The notes: generated by a model not told the origin, from the sequence alone. A stretch of DNA of 64,000 bases from Monocercomonoides exilis PA203 (GCA_001643675.2 LSRY02000033.1:248001-312000); one strand, 5' to 3'; numbered from the stretch's first letter, positions 1-13,200 are shown. Numbers and translations: made by a program.

Positions 1-510
1 TGCACAGTCAAAAGGAGATAATTCCGTCTCTGCAACCACACTTATTATGCAATCGCTAACAGATAATCTGGACAATTCATTTCTCACAGAAAAAGAAGAT
101 GTGTTTTTTTGGACAATTTTCATTCGCTCAACAGCCAACGATGAGTTCAGAACTATTATCCTGCTTCTAATCCAGCTCCATATATCCTTATCATCTTCGG
201 CAAGTCCAGCAGGAAATTTATAACAAAATACCCTATCAACATCCACCGACAATCGTTTTGAGCTTTTTTCTGTATTTAGCGACCAATCAAATGAATCCAA
301 ATTATGCACCACATTAGACTTCACCACACTGATTGCATTCACTCTGTGCGGAAAGTATGCATTTTTGCTTTTCTCGTGAGTTTCTCCTAACCTTCCAAAA
401 TTATTATCTTGAAAATCTACTTTTTTGAATGCATATCCTTTCCAAACGGTATCTCTTGTGCATAGCAGAGCGTGAATAATTATAAAGACGCTAAAACTCC
501 CGAAAAGCAT
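1..510 (-). CDS. 5' part of a probable surface/secreted protein gene running off the left edge
   Basis: Hand translation: ATG at 510, MLFGSFSVFIIIHALLCTRD (signal-like), open for 170 codons to base 1. The segment IIVLNSSLAVERM...LSVSDCIIS...SPFDC resembles the N-terminus of the protein starting at 38606. It has no stop in the window, which would explain its absence from the ORF track. Confidence 0.7.
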   Translation of the reverse strand, partial: MLFGSFSVFIIIHALLCTRDTVWKGYAFKKVDFQDNNFGRLGETHEKSKNAYFPHRVNAISVVKSNVVHNLDSFDWSLNTEKSSKRLSVDVDRVFCYKFPAGLAEDDKDIWSWIRSRIIVLNSSLAVERMKIVQKNTSSFSVRNELSRLSVSDCIISVVAETELSPFDCA

Positions 511-2390
511 GGGTTCTGCTCTCTCTTTGCCACACAAAACAATATTGATTCTTGAATTAAAATGTATTATGAGTATTGATCAAATTTTTCAGCTATGGGA
601 AATCCGTTCTTTTTGAAATAGAGAAGAGTGAGCTTTGAAACACAAAACAATGTGCATCTTTTGTTAAGGTTTTCTTTAATAGATTTAAAAAAAAACACTT
701 TCAACAATTGAAAATAACAATTTTTCTGAAGTCTTGAAAAACAGAAATTTTTTCTTCGATTGTGCTTTTGCAGAAATATTCAATGATTTTTTTATCAATC
801 CTATTTTGAAATACAACATTTTTTTCCGATTACTTTTATATTTAGTATTTCACAAGTTAAAAAGAATATTACCAAAAAATTAACCAAAACAAACGAGATA
901 GAGAATTTCTTAAGATTTATAAAAGTACTTTGAAAAAGATTTATTGAAATCATCTGTAATATCTGTCATTTTCCCTTTTGAAAGTGACCTTCAGTTACGG
1001 TCAACGATAAAACGTGACAAAAAAAATTCTCCAACTGAAATTTCAAGTATATAATAATTAAATAAAAGGGAGCTTTTTCGTCAAATTTGTTTATTTGTCA
1101 ATTATTAAACTTCTTACGTTGTAACATGCTGATTAATTGATAATAATTTTATATTATCAATAATTGCGGAAACGTATAGAATCACAATTTTACACCATTC
1201 ACCATAATCTAGCCTGTTGTTTTGTCATTGTTTCTTTTTTCAATTGCCGTGTCACAGAGGTCTAACTTGAATGTTTGAAAATTGAGCAAATATGGGTGAT
1301 TTTTTTTGATATCATAAAAAATTCCGACGTTTGATCAAAAACTAATTTAATTAATGGTTCTGTTGATTGGATAAATGAAAGCGATGATCATTCAAATATA
1401 TAGCTTTAAATATTATTATTATTAATTGCTTGTAGATTTTAATTTGAAACAAACAGTTTTTATTTCATATTTTAAGAAATTGATATAATTTCTTCAAAAT
1501 TTTATCGATAATTTGATAAACAAAACAAAACTGAAGCTTTCTGAATTAATAAACATGATAACAATAATTGAGATAACGATATAAATCAATATCTTAAGAA
1601 AAGAACAGTGATATAATATTATTGAAAAAAATAGAATAAGATGAGTCGAAATCGATAAAAATAAAATGAAAATGTTCAATTTTCAGCGTTTCATCATCTT
1701 ATTCATCATTTATCTTTTCCAGAAGTCATTTCTCCAACATATCCTTCAATTTCTTGATCTTCTTAAATTGTTAAAATTTGTGTTTTGTGTGTTGCATTAA
1801 TCTTTCTCGATTTTAAATAGATTGTTTTTTGTCTGAAAATATCATCTCCAATTCCCTTCCCAATCCCTTCACCCTGGGCACTTTCCACATGAATTCGCTC
1901 TCCCAACTCTATGGTCAGTCTGTACAACGAGATATAAAGCTTTCATTCATTTTCATTCATTTCCACCTCCTGCCATGAAAACCACAAAAAACATCAACAG
2001 GCAAATATTCATATTAAAAAAAATAAAGAAAGAACAAACTGTTCTTCGACTGTTTTTAGCCAAATAGCTTCATTTCCACAGCCATCATCATTCAAAATAA
2101 ATCAATCTCTTTATTTCAGTCTCAGAATGGTTGAATACAGCACGGAATGCATCTTCACAAAATATATCGTGTATCTCACTGAAGGGTCTTTTCAGCCCGT
2201 ACGCATTGTGGCTGATGTCCAGAGGTGTTTTTTCTGTTTTTGGCATGATCTTCTCCTTTAATAATATTTTCAACCACCAAAAGAAGTATTTGAGGTTTAT
2301 CTCATCAACACCTTGCACATGAGGGATATGGTGCATACAAGTGATGGAAGTATATTTTTTGTGGCAGGGGGTGGGAGTTGAGTGTTTTTT

Positions 2391-2933
2391 TGGGCATAGG
2401 TGTAAATTGTACCACTTTCAGTTTGCTTTCTTTCAAAATTTAAATATTACAGCATTAATCTACATAATTATATCAAGCGATTCAAGGAGGGAAAATTCGA
2501 AATTCGATCAAAAAATTTTTAACAGAATTTTCAATTTTTGAGACCCATAATATTTTTATGTTGATCACTGCAAACTTAAAATTCGATTTCTTGACTCCTA
2601 AAAGTTCAAATGTATTTATTAATTCAATTATTCAAGTAAAAATATAGTGTTTAATGTTTGTCAAGATGAATTTCCGTCTATATTATTTTTTATGTTGCTA
2701 ATTCTAAAAGATTAGGTTATTAAATTTTCACAAGCATTCGTGCAGTTATAGATTTTCACTTTTAAGAAAAATAGATTACAACTTTATTGAAATGAATATA
2801 CATGTTTGATTGTTGAATATTATTTTTAATTATGTGATTTTTATTGAAACTTAATAATTTTTGATTAATATTTCATGAAAAGCAACGGATTCGTTGGAAC
2901 TGGGATGAAACTCCGTTTATGAAATGATGAAAG
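2391..2933 (+). repeat. Left 543-bp terminal inverted repeat
   Basis: Reverse complement of 6004-6546. Confidence 0.93.
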
Positions 2934-3109
2934 AAGTGTTGAAGAGAATAGCAAAAAGAATTTATATGTATTTTATTCGCTTAAATTTGTGAGGAAGCAG
3001 CAGAAAAGGAAGATAGAAGAACTCTAGCTTTATGGGATATTTTTTGACAAGATGCTAAGAGACATATGAAAAATGAAAGAATGGAAAGGAAGAATTTCTT
3101 TAGCGAATT

Positions 3110-4623
3110 GCATTTCTCATCTTTTTGCCAATCTTTTCTCATCGTCCTTAATTCCCTTTGTATCCTTCTCCAAATTATCATTTTTCAACATCTCAACAGC
3201 AAATGAGGCTTGTTAGACTTCAACCTATATATCAATCCAAACTTCATGTTTTATGAACAGTTGTTCATTCTCATCTGTTTGCGATGTGCATGATGGAGAG
3301 ATTGTTCCCTCTCTCAACAACCCCTTGGCTTCTCTGACTGCCTTGAACACTTCGTTCGTTGAGTGTTGCAGGACAAGAAATATTGAATTCATCGGAAGCA
3401 AAGAAAACCCATTGAAGCCAGGAAGACAAAACACAACAGACGATGGAGCAAATTCATTCACATGGTGTGAGTGAAGTGGTTCGAGAACAACAGGAGAAAG
3501 CGATTCACGGACGGATGGAGGATCGAGTGGAGGTGCGATCTGCATGTATAATCTCAGTTCTGGAGAACTTTCAGTTTCGAGTTGTCTGTTTTATAACTGT
3601 TTTGCATTCAGTCGTGGAGGTGGGATTATGTGTCTAACAATTAAGTCTATATATATCGAAAATAATGTGTTTTATGCCTGTACTGCACAAAATCAATATG
3701 GAGGAGGAATGTATGCTCATACCATTTCATCATGTGCCCGAATTAGCGAATGTAAATTCCAGAATTGTAAAGCAGTTAATTATGGAAGAGGACTTCTTCT
3801 TGAAAATTTTCAGGTTTCTGGATCTGGATGTGTTGGAACAGAAAATGGCAAAGGGGAGAGCGCTTGTATGTTTGAGTGTTTCTTCACTTCGTGCTCTCTT
3901 ACAAATTCTTATGGCGGAGGGATGTATTGCCAAAGTGTCCCAACTGCATTCAAAATGAGGAGCCTCCAGTTCATTTCGTGCTCGGCGGTGTCGTATGGCG
4001 GAGGATTGTATTTCAGGACATATCAATCAACAGCTCCAGATGACAAGCTTTATTGCTATTTCTTCTTCTTCCACGATTGCAGTTGCAACGCTTCCACTCC
4101 ATATGGCCACGATGTGTATTTTGAAGATCGATACAATCTCTTCTCATCGAACAATCCTTTTTATGAATCGTACACAACAAATACTAATGATACGAGAGTG
4201 TGCCTCCAATATTATAACGGAAGCAGTTGGAAATATCAGCATACAGAAAAGAAGGGCTGGCTGAAGGAAGGGATGAAGGATCGATATGTTGGGGTGGGTG
4301 GAGATGACGCAAACAATCTGTGTGGGATGAGTGAGGCAGCACCGTGCAAGACAGTGGGGCATGCAGTGGGGTCGAGCATGGTGCAGCTGAGCTCGACAAT
4401 CACAGTGCTGGGTGGGAGGCATGTGAGCGAAGGGACAACAATCAGTGTTGGGGAAAAGAAGATTTCTGTTGTTGGGAGAGGGAAGACAGTGAGCGTGATT
4501 GGGACGAATTCTCTTTCTTCGCCTGCAACTACTCTGTTCAGCGTATATTCTGGTCAACTGGAGGTGGGGCATGTGGAGATCGATTACAATTTGCAAGAAA
4601 TCTACCGCCGAGCGTGTTTGTGA
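3110..4623 (+). pseudogene. Internal fragment of a Cys/GG-repeat surface protein gene
   Basis: ORFs 3253-3474 and 3544-4623 share a frame and are separated by TGA in WCE* (paralog at 37608-38606 reads WCEW). GGGMY/GGGLY motifs, a CGMSEAAPCKT module and a frameshift near 4600. No signal peptide, TM or kinase part. Confidence 0.8.
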
Positions 4624-5303
4624 TGCCTTCTGACGTTGAAATATTTTAGCTTGCAAAAATAAGGGTTAATCCCAAGTCTGAAGGAAAATCCAATATAGGA
4701 ATTGTCATTTGTACCCACTTCACCACAGTCACTAATAATTGCTATTGAAGAAAAAAGTCGATTCGAGCGCTGCGCCACAAATATCGAATCACACACTTAG
4801 ATAGAGTGGTTTATAATTCCTGATCTGGGCAGAAGCATTTTTTTGAACAAGCTTTGTATTTTTTTTACAAATTATTTAAATGTTCTGTTTATTCATTGCT
4901 ATTATTATATCTTTTATTGATAACTATTTTTAAAAATAATAAATTATTGAATTTATTGTTTTTGATTCGTGCGAGCTTTAACCAATTCGCACTCGCCACT
5001 TTTATAATTGTATCGCGCAACGTCAGTAGCTTTGTAAAGCAAAAATTAAACAGGTATGCATTGTAGTAATTGAGCTTGTTGTAAATACTTTGTTAAAAAC
5101 AGGAAAATAATAATTTTTCACAAACAACAATAAACTGCAAACATCAACTGATGAAAAAGATGAAATGAAAAAGTAAACAACAATGTGGATGAGAAATTAA
5201 CATACAGTGAAGAGATTGAAATCTATCTTGAAAAAGACAAATTATTTTTTTTTTGAGAATTTTGATAGACATTTCCAATCCCTTCATGCATAACACAATT
5301 TAA

Positions 5304-5886
5304 ATGACCCCTTTCATTCATCTTCTCTCTCTTGTTACAACAAGCTCCACACCCTCCGTATGTTCTCCATCTCCCTCTTCTTTTATCCCCCTTCCAAAAA
5401 CACAACTGCCCCTCAACCTCACTCAACAAACACATCTACTCCATTGGGCATATTCCCATCCAGCATCCTTTCCTCCGCTTCATCCTCACCCTCCAACAGC
5501 CTACCTCTCACCATTCTCTCTCGTTTCTTCTGTCTGCTTTTCTCATTTTTTCTGCTCCAAAACACAAAGAATCTGTCACCTCCTTCAACATCGCCAACAA
5601 CATTGCCAAGCGTGTAATCATCAAACCTGCAAACGCTCCTCACCCCATTTCATTTTCTCATCACGATATCTGCAATCAACAACTCATCTTCGTAATCCGC
5701 TTCGCTCGACTTTCCATAAATGCCAAGCTCTATAGCCAAGCTCCAGTTTTCACGTCTAACTTTGTGCAACACCCTTTGTTTTCATTGACACTCCCATCAG
5801 CTCTGAGCATCATCCTTCTCAGCATCGCAGCACATCCAATCATCAGCTTGTATGGCTTTAATCTTTCATTCTTTTCCCAGACATAA
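5304..5886 (+). pseudogene. Possible second degenerate gene fragment in the TIR-element cargo
   Basis: C-rich, coding-like composition with overlapping broken ORFs; only loose resemblance to surface-protein N-termini. Confidence 0.3.
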
Positions 5887-6003
5887 TGCAACGAACTTTA
5901 TCTTCACTTTTTAGCTTCCTCCTTCATTCCTATCGTTCAAATATTCTGTCTGAACCGTTCATTTCACGAATATTATTAACGCATTCTCCTCAATATATAT
6001 ACC

Positions 6004-6546
6004 CTTTCATCATTTCATAAACGGAGTTTCATCCCAGTTCCAACGAATCCGTTGCTTTTCATGAAATATTAATCAAAAATTATTAAGTTTCAATAAAAAT
6101 CACATAATTAAAAATAATATTCAACAATCAAACATGTATATTCATTTCAATAAAGTTGTAATCTATTTTTCTTAAAAGTGAAAATCTATAACTGCACGAA
6201 TGCTTGTGAAAATTTAATAACCTAATCTTTTAGAATTAGCAACATAAAAAATAATATAGACGGAAATTCATCTTGACAAACATTAAACACTATATTTTTA
6301 CTTGAATAATTGAATTAATAAATACATTTGAACTTTTAGGAGTCAAGAAATCGAATTTTAAGTTTGCAGTGATCAACATAAAAATATTATGGGTCTCAAA
6401 AATTGAAAATTCTGTTAAAAATTTTTTGATCGAATTTCGAATTTTCCCTCCTTGAATCGCTTGATATAATTATGTAGATTAATGCTGTAATATTTAAATT
6501 TTGAAAGAAAGCAAACTGAAAGTGGTACAATTTACACCTATGCCCA
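6004..6546 (-). repeat. Right 543-bp terminal inverted repeat
   Basis: Reverse complement of 2391-2933. Confidence 0.93.
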
Positions 6547-6721
6547 TTTTTCAATGAAAAATCCACCCATAATGAAATAAAATGTGATTATGTATATTTG
6601 GCTCTATGATTATATGCGATGGGAAATGAATGAAAAAAAGTACTTAAATGTCGGTGCATCGAAAAATGTGTCTTCATACGAATGTGATTATATTCGTTGT
6701 GATTATATCCGGTTTTTACTG
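6547..6721 (-). mobile_element. Orphan Tc1/mariner-pogo-like transposon end
   Basis: Minus strand reads TA|CAGTAAAAACCGGATATAATCACA from 6723, with subterminal TGATTAT repeats. No partner end found. Confidence 0.4.
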
Positions 6722-8079
6722 TACACAAAAACATATTAACTCATATTTCACCTTTTTATTTTTTATTTGGAGGAAAATATGAACTTTCAAGCTTTTTATG
6801 CACAAAGCATGAAAAAATTATTTCACTTATAACATTTATAAACTCATCCAGATTTCAAAATTAATATGATTTTCATATCTGTTGACAAACATCATTGATA
6901 TTATAACATTATATTTTGTGACTTAACATGTATTTCTAAAAATATATCCATATATTTCTGATTTTTTAATCACAAAAAGTTCATCTCAGATGCATAATTT
7001 TTCAATGAAAATGCCTGAAGTCAAATATTTTGTCCCATTTTTTCGAAATTAAGTGAAATAGAAAAAGTCATAAAAAAATGAAGTGTTAAACAATGAAAAA
7101 TAACAAAAATTATAAAGAAGTTATGTTCAATAACAATAACAACACTCAAAACTCTCAAAACAAAAAGCTCGTGAAAATATGAGCAAGTCTTTGATCTAAA
7201 AAATAAAGCAAAAAACGCCAGATCTTTTCACTAATATTTAAAACATAAAAATTATTTTCAGGAATAGCACATATTAACATTTTGAAGGTTTCCTGTTATT
7301 TATTTTTTCTGAAAGTGCTCTAGAGAGCCAGAAAATTTTGTTCCTGATTAATTTTTTGGGTACCGATAAATTATGGAACCTATCAATGATATGAATATAA
7401 TACCAATTATGACAAAAAAATGTTTGATGCATAATTTAATAAAATATCATGTGAAGATCAACAAGTTGAATAAAATTTATTTATTAGAATGTAAAAAATA
7501 TTAATCTGAATCAAAGTTGTCAAAAAGAGAATAAAAAAATCATTATTTTGAAAAAGAAAATTTTCATTTTTTCAAAATTATTTTGGAGCATTAATTTGAA
7601 CGGTTTGTTTCTTGAATACTAATTAATATGATAGGTATCAAATAAAAAGAAATCACACGTAATGATTGTTATTAATGAAAAATTTCTATTAAATATTAAA
7701 TTGAGAAATAAAAAAACAAACACACACATATATTTTCACACAAAAATGGTGCAACTAATTATGAACTACAATTATCTTTGACAATACATGTCGTACCAGT
7801 TATTCGTTATACTCTTTGAATCGATGATGCGACAAACTTCACAGAAAGCTAAGCACAAAATCGATACTTTATCACCTGATTTCTTAAAAATAAAACAACA
7901 TGATGTTCTACTCATTTCAACTTTTTGTTCCAGTATACTCAAAATCCTTTACAATATTTGAACGACAATCAAAAATTCATTACCGCAACATTACTTTCAA
8001 GTAAAAATTGTGCTATTTCATTTCAACGAGAAGTTATCATTCAAAAATCTCTTGATTTCAATTTGATGATTTCAAAATT

Positions 8080-8737
8080 TTAGAATGGCCGTTCATCCAA
8101 CATTTCTTTTTGACGAAACACTGATGTTCTGAAATTTCTGCTTGCATAGATTGAGTTGCTTAACCTGGTTTCTAAAGTGATGGAGATAAAAAATCGAAAG
8201 GATAAAACCAGCAAAGGATCCAATAAAACAATTGTAAGGATAATGCTTTGTAAGAAAAAAATTACTCATATAAAAAATTGAAGAAAGAATTTATATTTTC
8301 AAACCTGATAGGGTACATCCCAATCCAATGCTGAAAGAACTGAGCCAAAAATGGATCCATAGACAATCCATAACGAAGTTGTTGCACAAGAAAATTCTTT
8401 AAAGGAGAGATTAAGCTTAGATTTTTTATCAAGTAAAGGTGTACCAAAACAGCAAAAAGCGAATATGTTAAATATGTCTTCCCTGCCATGAAACACAATA
8501 CAGACAGGAATTAACGTTGCAGAAACCAAAAACAATGGAAATAAAAATAATTCAAATAAACCGCAACTTTAAAAAACAGTTATCTTTATGTAAATTTAAT
8601 ATTAAAGCATACTCCAAGATATTAATGTGAAAGAAAGCGATAATTAAAATCACAACAAAAATAGATATTCCGAACAACACCGAGCAGCTCCAACAAATTT
8701 TAATAAAATTTAAAGATCGAGATTCGATCAACGACAT
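8080..8737 (-). CDS. PIGF: PIG-F/Gpi11-like GPI anchor biosynthesis membrane protein (3 exons)
   Basis: Splicing GT-AG introns 8483-8561 and 8246-8304 gives ...FAFCCFGTPLLD...GSIFGSVLSALDWDVPYQHYPYNCFIGSFAG..., matching the PIG-F motifs FGAPL and LDWDxPWQxWP. Confidence 0.72.
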
Positions 8738-8851
8738 CTTAATTCGATGTTTTCTAATTTTCATTTGAAAAATAAAAAATAATTTGATCAATTTAAATTT
8801 AAATAATAGATAGAGATCATCAAAAAAGAGTTCTCAACGTTGAAAGCATCG

Positions 8852-9924
8852 ATGTTAGCACCAGTTAGACATATCTTGAAATTCTCTGACCTTTCAAAAG
8901 TGTGATTTTTGCTTCTTCAATAAAAGAATTTCCGCTTTTTACTGTTTTTTGAAACTTTGAATTCAATTATAATGTTATCTTGTCTGTTGTCATAAAACTG
9001 CAATAACAACAATAGGACGAAGTTATGCGCATTATTGATTGCGCTAAGTTGCTCAAAGCACACCCAGAAAAATTTGAAGACAGAATGCATCGCGAAACTT
9101 TGCTGATGCTTTTTGAAAAGCCATCGCTGAGAACTCGTGTTTCATTCGAAACTGGAATGACGCAGATGGGAGGTCATGCTATTTTCTACTCTGTTGCCGA
9201 CTCTCCGTTGGGCAAGAAGGAAACTTTTGGTGATACTGGAAAGGTTTTGTCAAGAATGGTGAATGTTGTGATGGCTCGTTTGAACAAGAGAACCGACATC
9301 CGCCAGCTTGCTGACAATTCTACAATCCCAATTATCAATGCACTTGATGACTTTGCTCATCCATGCCAAATGCTTGCTGATCTTCTGACAATCATTGAAA
9401 AGAAAGGCAAAGTTGAGGGATTGACGCTGGCATATTGCGGAGATCTTCGCAACAATGTTACCTATGATTTAATGCGTCTTGCTTCGGTCATGGGATTTAC
9501 GATCAATGTTGCAGGACCTGAGGGACCAGGCTATTCTCCAGAGGAAGAAGTTCTGGAAGAGTGCAAAGAACTCTGCGCCAAATCTGGAGGTGCTGTTCAT
9601 GTGTTCACAAAATGTGCTGAAGAAGCTGTTACTGGTGCCGATGTTGTTTATTGCGATTCATGGATGTCATATGGAATCCCTGCTGATGAAAGCAAATCAC
9701 GTATTGAAAAATTCATGCCATTCCAGGTTACTGGTACTGTTATGTCAAAAGCCAAACCAGATGCCATTTTCATGAACTGCTTACCCGCAGCCCGTGGAAT
9801 GGAACAAACAGCTGAAGTTATTGATGGACCACAATCTGTTGTCTTTGACGAAGCTGAAAACAGACTTCATGCTCAAAAGGCACTTCTTCTTTTCTTGTGC
9901 AACAAGAAAATGACTATTGAGTAA
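8852..9924 (+). CDS. OTC: Ornithine carbamoyltransferase, probably catabolic (arginine deiminase pathway), 318 aa
   Basis: Exon 1 8852-8899 (MLAPVRHILKFSDLSK), phase-0 intron 8900-9015. Motifs KPSLRT, HPCQ, DSWMSY, FMNCLP, EAENRLH; the SLRT/NCLP variants are those of Giardia-type OTC. Confidence 0.96.
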
Positions 9925-10209
9925 AGAGCTGTTGATAACTTGCAGATTCTTTATAGGAATCGATATATATATTTCTGTTATTTTTCTTTCCTTGTTTTTA
10001 TATTAGAAGGGTTATAAGAAGCTGGCGATATTTTTGAGCCTCTTTTCATTCAAAAATTTGATATTTTTTTACCTGTTCAAACAACGAATCAAATAACATG
10101 CTGATAGTCTTTATGGAAAAATATTTTGAATCTTCAACAAAAAATGTCATAAAGTCTTGAAGAATAATTCAAATAAATTGACAAACAACATCCAAAAATT
10201 TAAGACAAA

Positions 10210-13200
10210 CTAAGAAATTAAAGAGAGAATCGTAGAAAGTGAATGAACAGATTGATAGGGAAGCAGCGAAGGCGGAGGCAAAGAGTTGGTAAACACCGAA
10301 TGTGGCAAAGCTTCCAGTGGAGTGGGTGGTGTGTACTTCAGAATGGCTGGAAGATCAACAACAGAATGAGAAAAAAAGGGGAAAAGAAGCGAAGTGAGAG
10401 AAAAAGGTGTTGGAACCCCAAAAGGCAGGCGTTCAGCCAAAAACATGTCGACTGCTTTGATCCAATCAGCAAATGAAGGAATGATGCAAGAAAGAAAGCA
10501 GACGATTGCGTATGCTTCTGTCTCTTTCATCGCTGCAAGCTCCTCAGCAAGCAGCTCAAGCTCCCTCTTTTTCTGGAGCTCATTGTTTATCTCTGCTCTC
10601 CTCTTTTCTTCTTCCACTTTGCTTTCAACAATACGCGCTTTGCTTCTTGTCGTCACTTTGGTTTTTGTAATGTCTTCTTCTTCTTCTTCTTCTTCTTTTT
10701 CTTCCACATCTTCTTTGCCTTTTGATTTATCTTCAATTTTTGGATTTTCCGAAACAACATCATTCTCTGTTTCTTTCTCTTTTTCTCCGACTGTCTTATC
10801 GAATAACTTTTCCGTTTTCTCTTCTTTCACTCCCACGTGTTCAATCTCCTCTTTCTTCTGTTCTCCTTCTTCACTTTTCGAGTTATCTATCTCCTTTACT
10901 TTTTCTTTGCTCCTTCCCTTCTCTTCCTTTGCAACCATTCTCTTCAGTGAATTCTTAATCATCTGTCTTCGATAGTCTGAGTGCTGCGAGAGAAGCAGAG
11001 CTGCATTGACCCACGCCGGAAAGAAAAGCGGATCAATCAGCAAACACTCAGCATAACACAGCAGAGCATCGCTCAGCAAAGAAGACAGACTTGCCGCTCT
11101 TTGCGATGACATGGAAGATGAATGGTTCAAAGAAGAAGAAGAAGTTGAAGAGGAGGAAGCTGAGGAGGAAGCGGTAGAAGAAAAAGAAGAATTTGAAGGT
11201 AAATTATCTTTTGAAGAAGAAGTTGATGATTCGCTTGAATGAGGCAAGACAGCAGCAAATGATGGAAGAGAGAACAGGAGAAGACGCGAATGCTCAGCTT
11301 GAGAATATGAATTATTCGATGAAGTTGAAGAAGAAGAAGATGAGGAAGAAGAAGAAGAAGAAGAAGAAGAGGAAACAAAACAAGAAGAAGAAGATTGTGA
11401 AGTATCGAAAACTTTGTGCTCATCTTTCTCTTCTTTGGCCTTCTCTTCACCTTTTTCCATGCTTTCAGTTGAGGCCGAGTCCGTTTCCTCTTCGTCAATC
11501 TCCATTTTCTTCTCCTCCTTCTCCTTCTCCTTTTCCTTCTCCTTCTCACTCACTTCCTGCTCTGCCTCTTCATCCTCATTTCCTCCTCTTTTTGTCTCAA
11601 ACACACATTTCTCTCTCCACATTTCAATTTCACACTCACTCTGCACATCCAGCACAGCGCTTGCAGCTTCTCTCATCCATCGGAGATGATATGTCACGCC
11701 ATTCAGCATCCATCCAAACACACCAAAGGAATAGTCTCCAACGAGAGACAGGCTCAACACACGGCTCAGCGCAAAGTGCTGCTCAATGACACACTCCTTC
11801 TGCAGCCTCTCTTCTGTGTCGATGCTTCCTTCTTTTGATTTCGGTTCAGTCTGAAAGTCAACTGGATTCGCTTCTTCACTCATTTTATTGTCATTGCCAA
11901 AACTCTTTGCTTCGTCCTCAATCAAAGCGGCATCTTCTGTTCTACGTTCTTCAAAACTGTTGTCATCTTTCTTCAATCTTTTTTCAGAGCCCATCATCAT
12001 CAGCGCCGCAGTCAAATGAACCATAGACGCGAGTAACTTGGCAACTTTCTCTTCTTCTTTGCATTCACCATCCTCTTTTGCCTCTTCATTTTTCTTTGAA
12101 AAATGCCCCGTTTCGCCTTCGTCTTGTTCAAGTGAACTTTTGCTGGCTGACTCTTCAATCGCTGTTTCCTCCTGCAAGTTTGTGAAATGAATAAAGAGAA
12201 ACAAGCTTTGGCTCAAGCAGACGGCGCATTTCGGAGAGAAATAGGAAAACAACCGCAGGAAAGCAGAATGCTCCTGAAAATCAGTCGAAAAAAGAGGAAA
12301 CTGCGCAGATGGTTTGGCAGTTGATATTCCATCTTGTGTGTTTTGATCTTCAAAGAGAATATTTTCTGTTTGTGCTTCGGTGAGAGAATTTGCAGGCTCG
12401 TCAATTCCTTTCTTCTCTCTTATCCACATTCGAACGGCTTTCATAAACTGTATCCAGCCAATCATCAGCATCATTCTGGCACTTATTTTGCAAGACTTTG
12501 CAAGCGCTGTAGCATCGTCTGTGCAGTTTGAAGGAAAATCTGAGATTTTAGTTGTTGAAATGGAGCCATAACTTAAACTTTGATCATCAAATGTTTTTTC
12601 GTCGAGTTTGTTACTCGCTTTCTCTTCGCCTATTTCTCCACTGCTCTTTTCATCCTCCTTTTCTTCTTCTTTTTCCTTCGTTTCATCAAGCATTTCCTTT
12701 TTGAATTCAAATTTCCTTTGAACAGTTCTGTATCTTTCAATGGATGAAAGTGCTGCATCATCCAATTCATCCATTATTCTCAATGTCTTCTTCCAAAGCA
12801 TTCGCTCGTTCGCCTCTTCATTCTTTTCGCTGTTATTTCTTTCTTCTTCCCCTCCTCCTTTTTCGTCATCTCCTTCATTTGTGAGGCCTTCCGGCTCGGA
12901 GTCGCTCTCATCCAAATATTTCCCAGATAAATATCGTTTCTGTGAACGAGTCAAATACGCTCCACCTTTTTTAACATCATTTGCCATTTGATTTCGATAA
13001 GTTTTCTCAAGCTCGCTTTTTTTATTCTTTCTTTTTAAAACTTTCATTATGTGCTTCATCATTTTTCTTCCAATTTCTTGACTTCCTCGATGATATATCA
13101 CGCTCATCGTCCACCAAATACGTTCACCAATCTCACTAAAATCATCTAAAGAGCTTATCTTAGAGATATACTTTATAGTGGCGCCAATTAATGATTTTTG

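Larger units (their letters stand above)
2391..6546. mobile_element. Non-autonomous long-TIR DNA element (Mutator/Foldback, Pack-type) carrying host gene fragments
   Basis: 2391-2933 and 6004-6546 are 543-bp inverted repeats (TGGGCATAGGTGTAAATTGTACCAC... / ...GTGGTACAATTTACACCTATGCCCA), identical wherever compared. No transposase inside and no convincing TSD. Confidence 0.8.

Noticed and set aside
2088-2336. 82-aa ORF beside the left TIR as a transposase fragment
   Set aside because: No DDE or other recognisable motif.
3472-3474. Alternative genetic code (TGA=Trp, TAA=Gln) suggested by stops at 3472, 37005 and 37608
   Set aside because: TAA ends OTC and PIGF, TGA ends the genes at 24864 and 55053, and long ORFs use TGG/CAA without internal stops.
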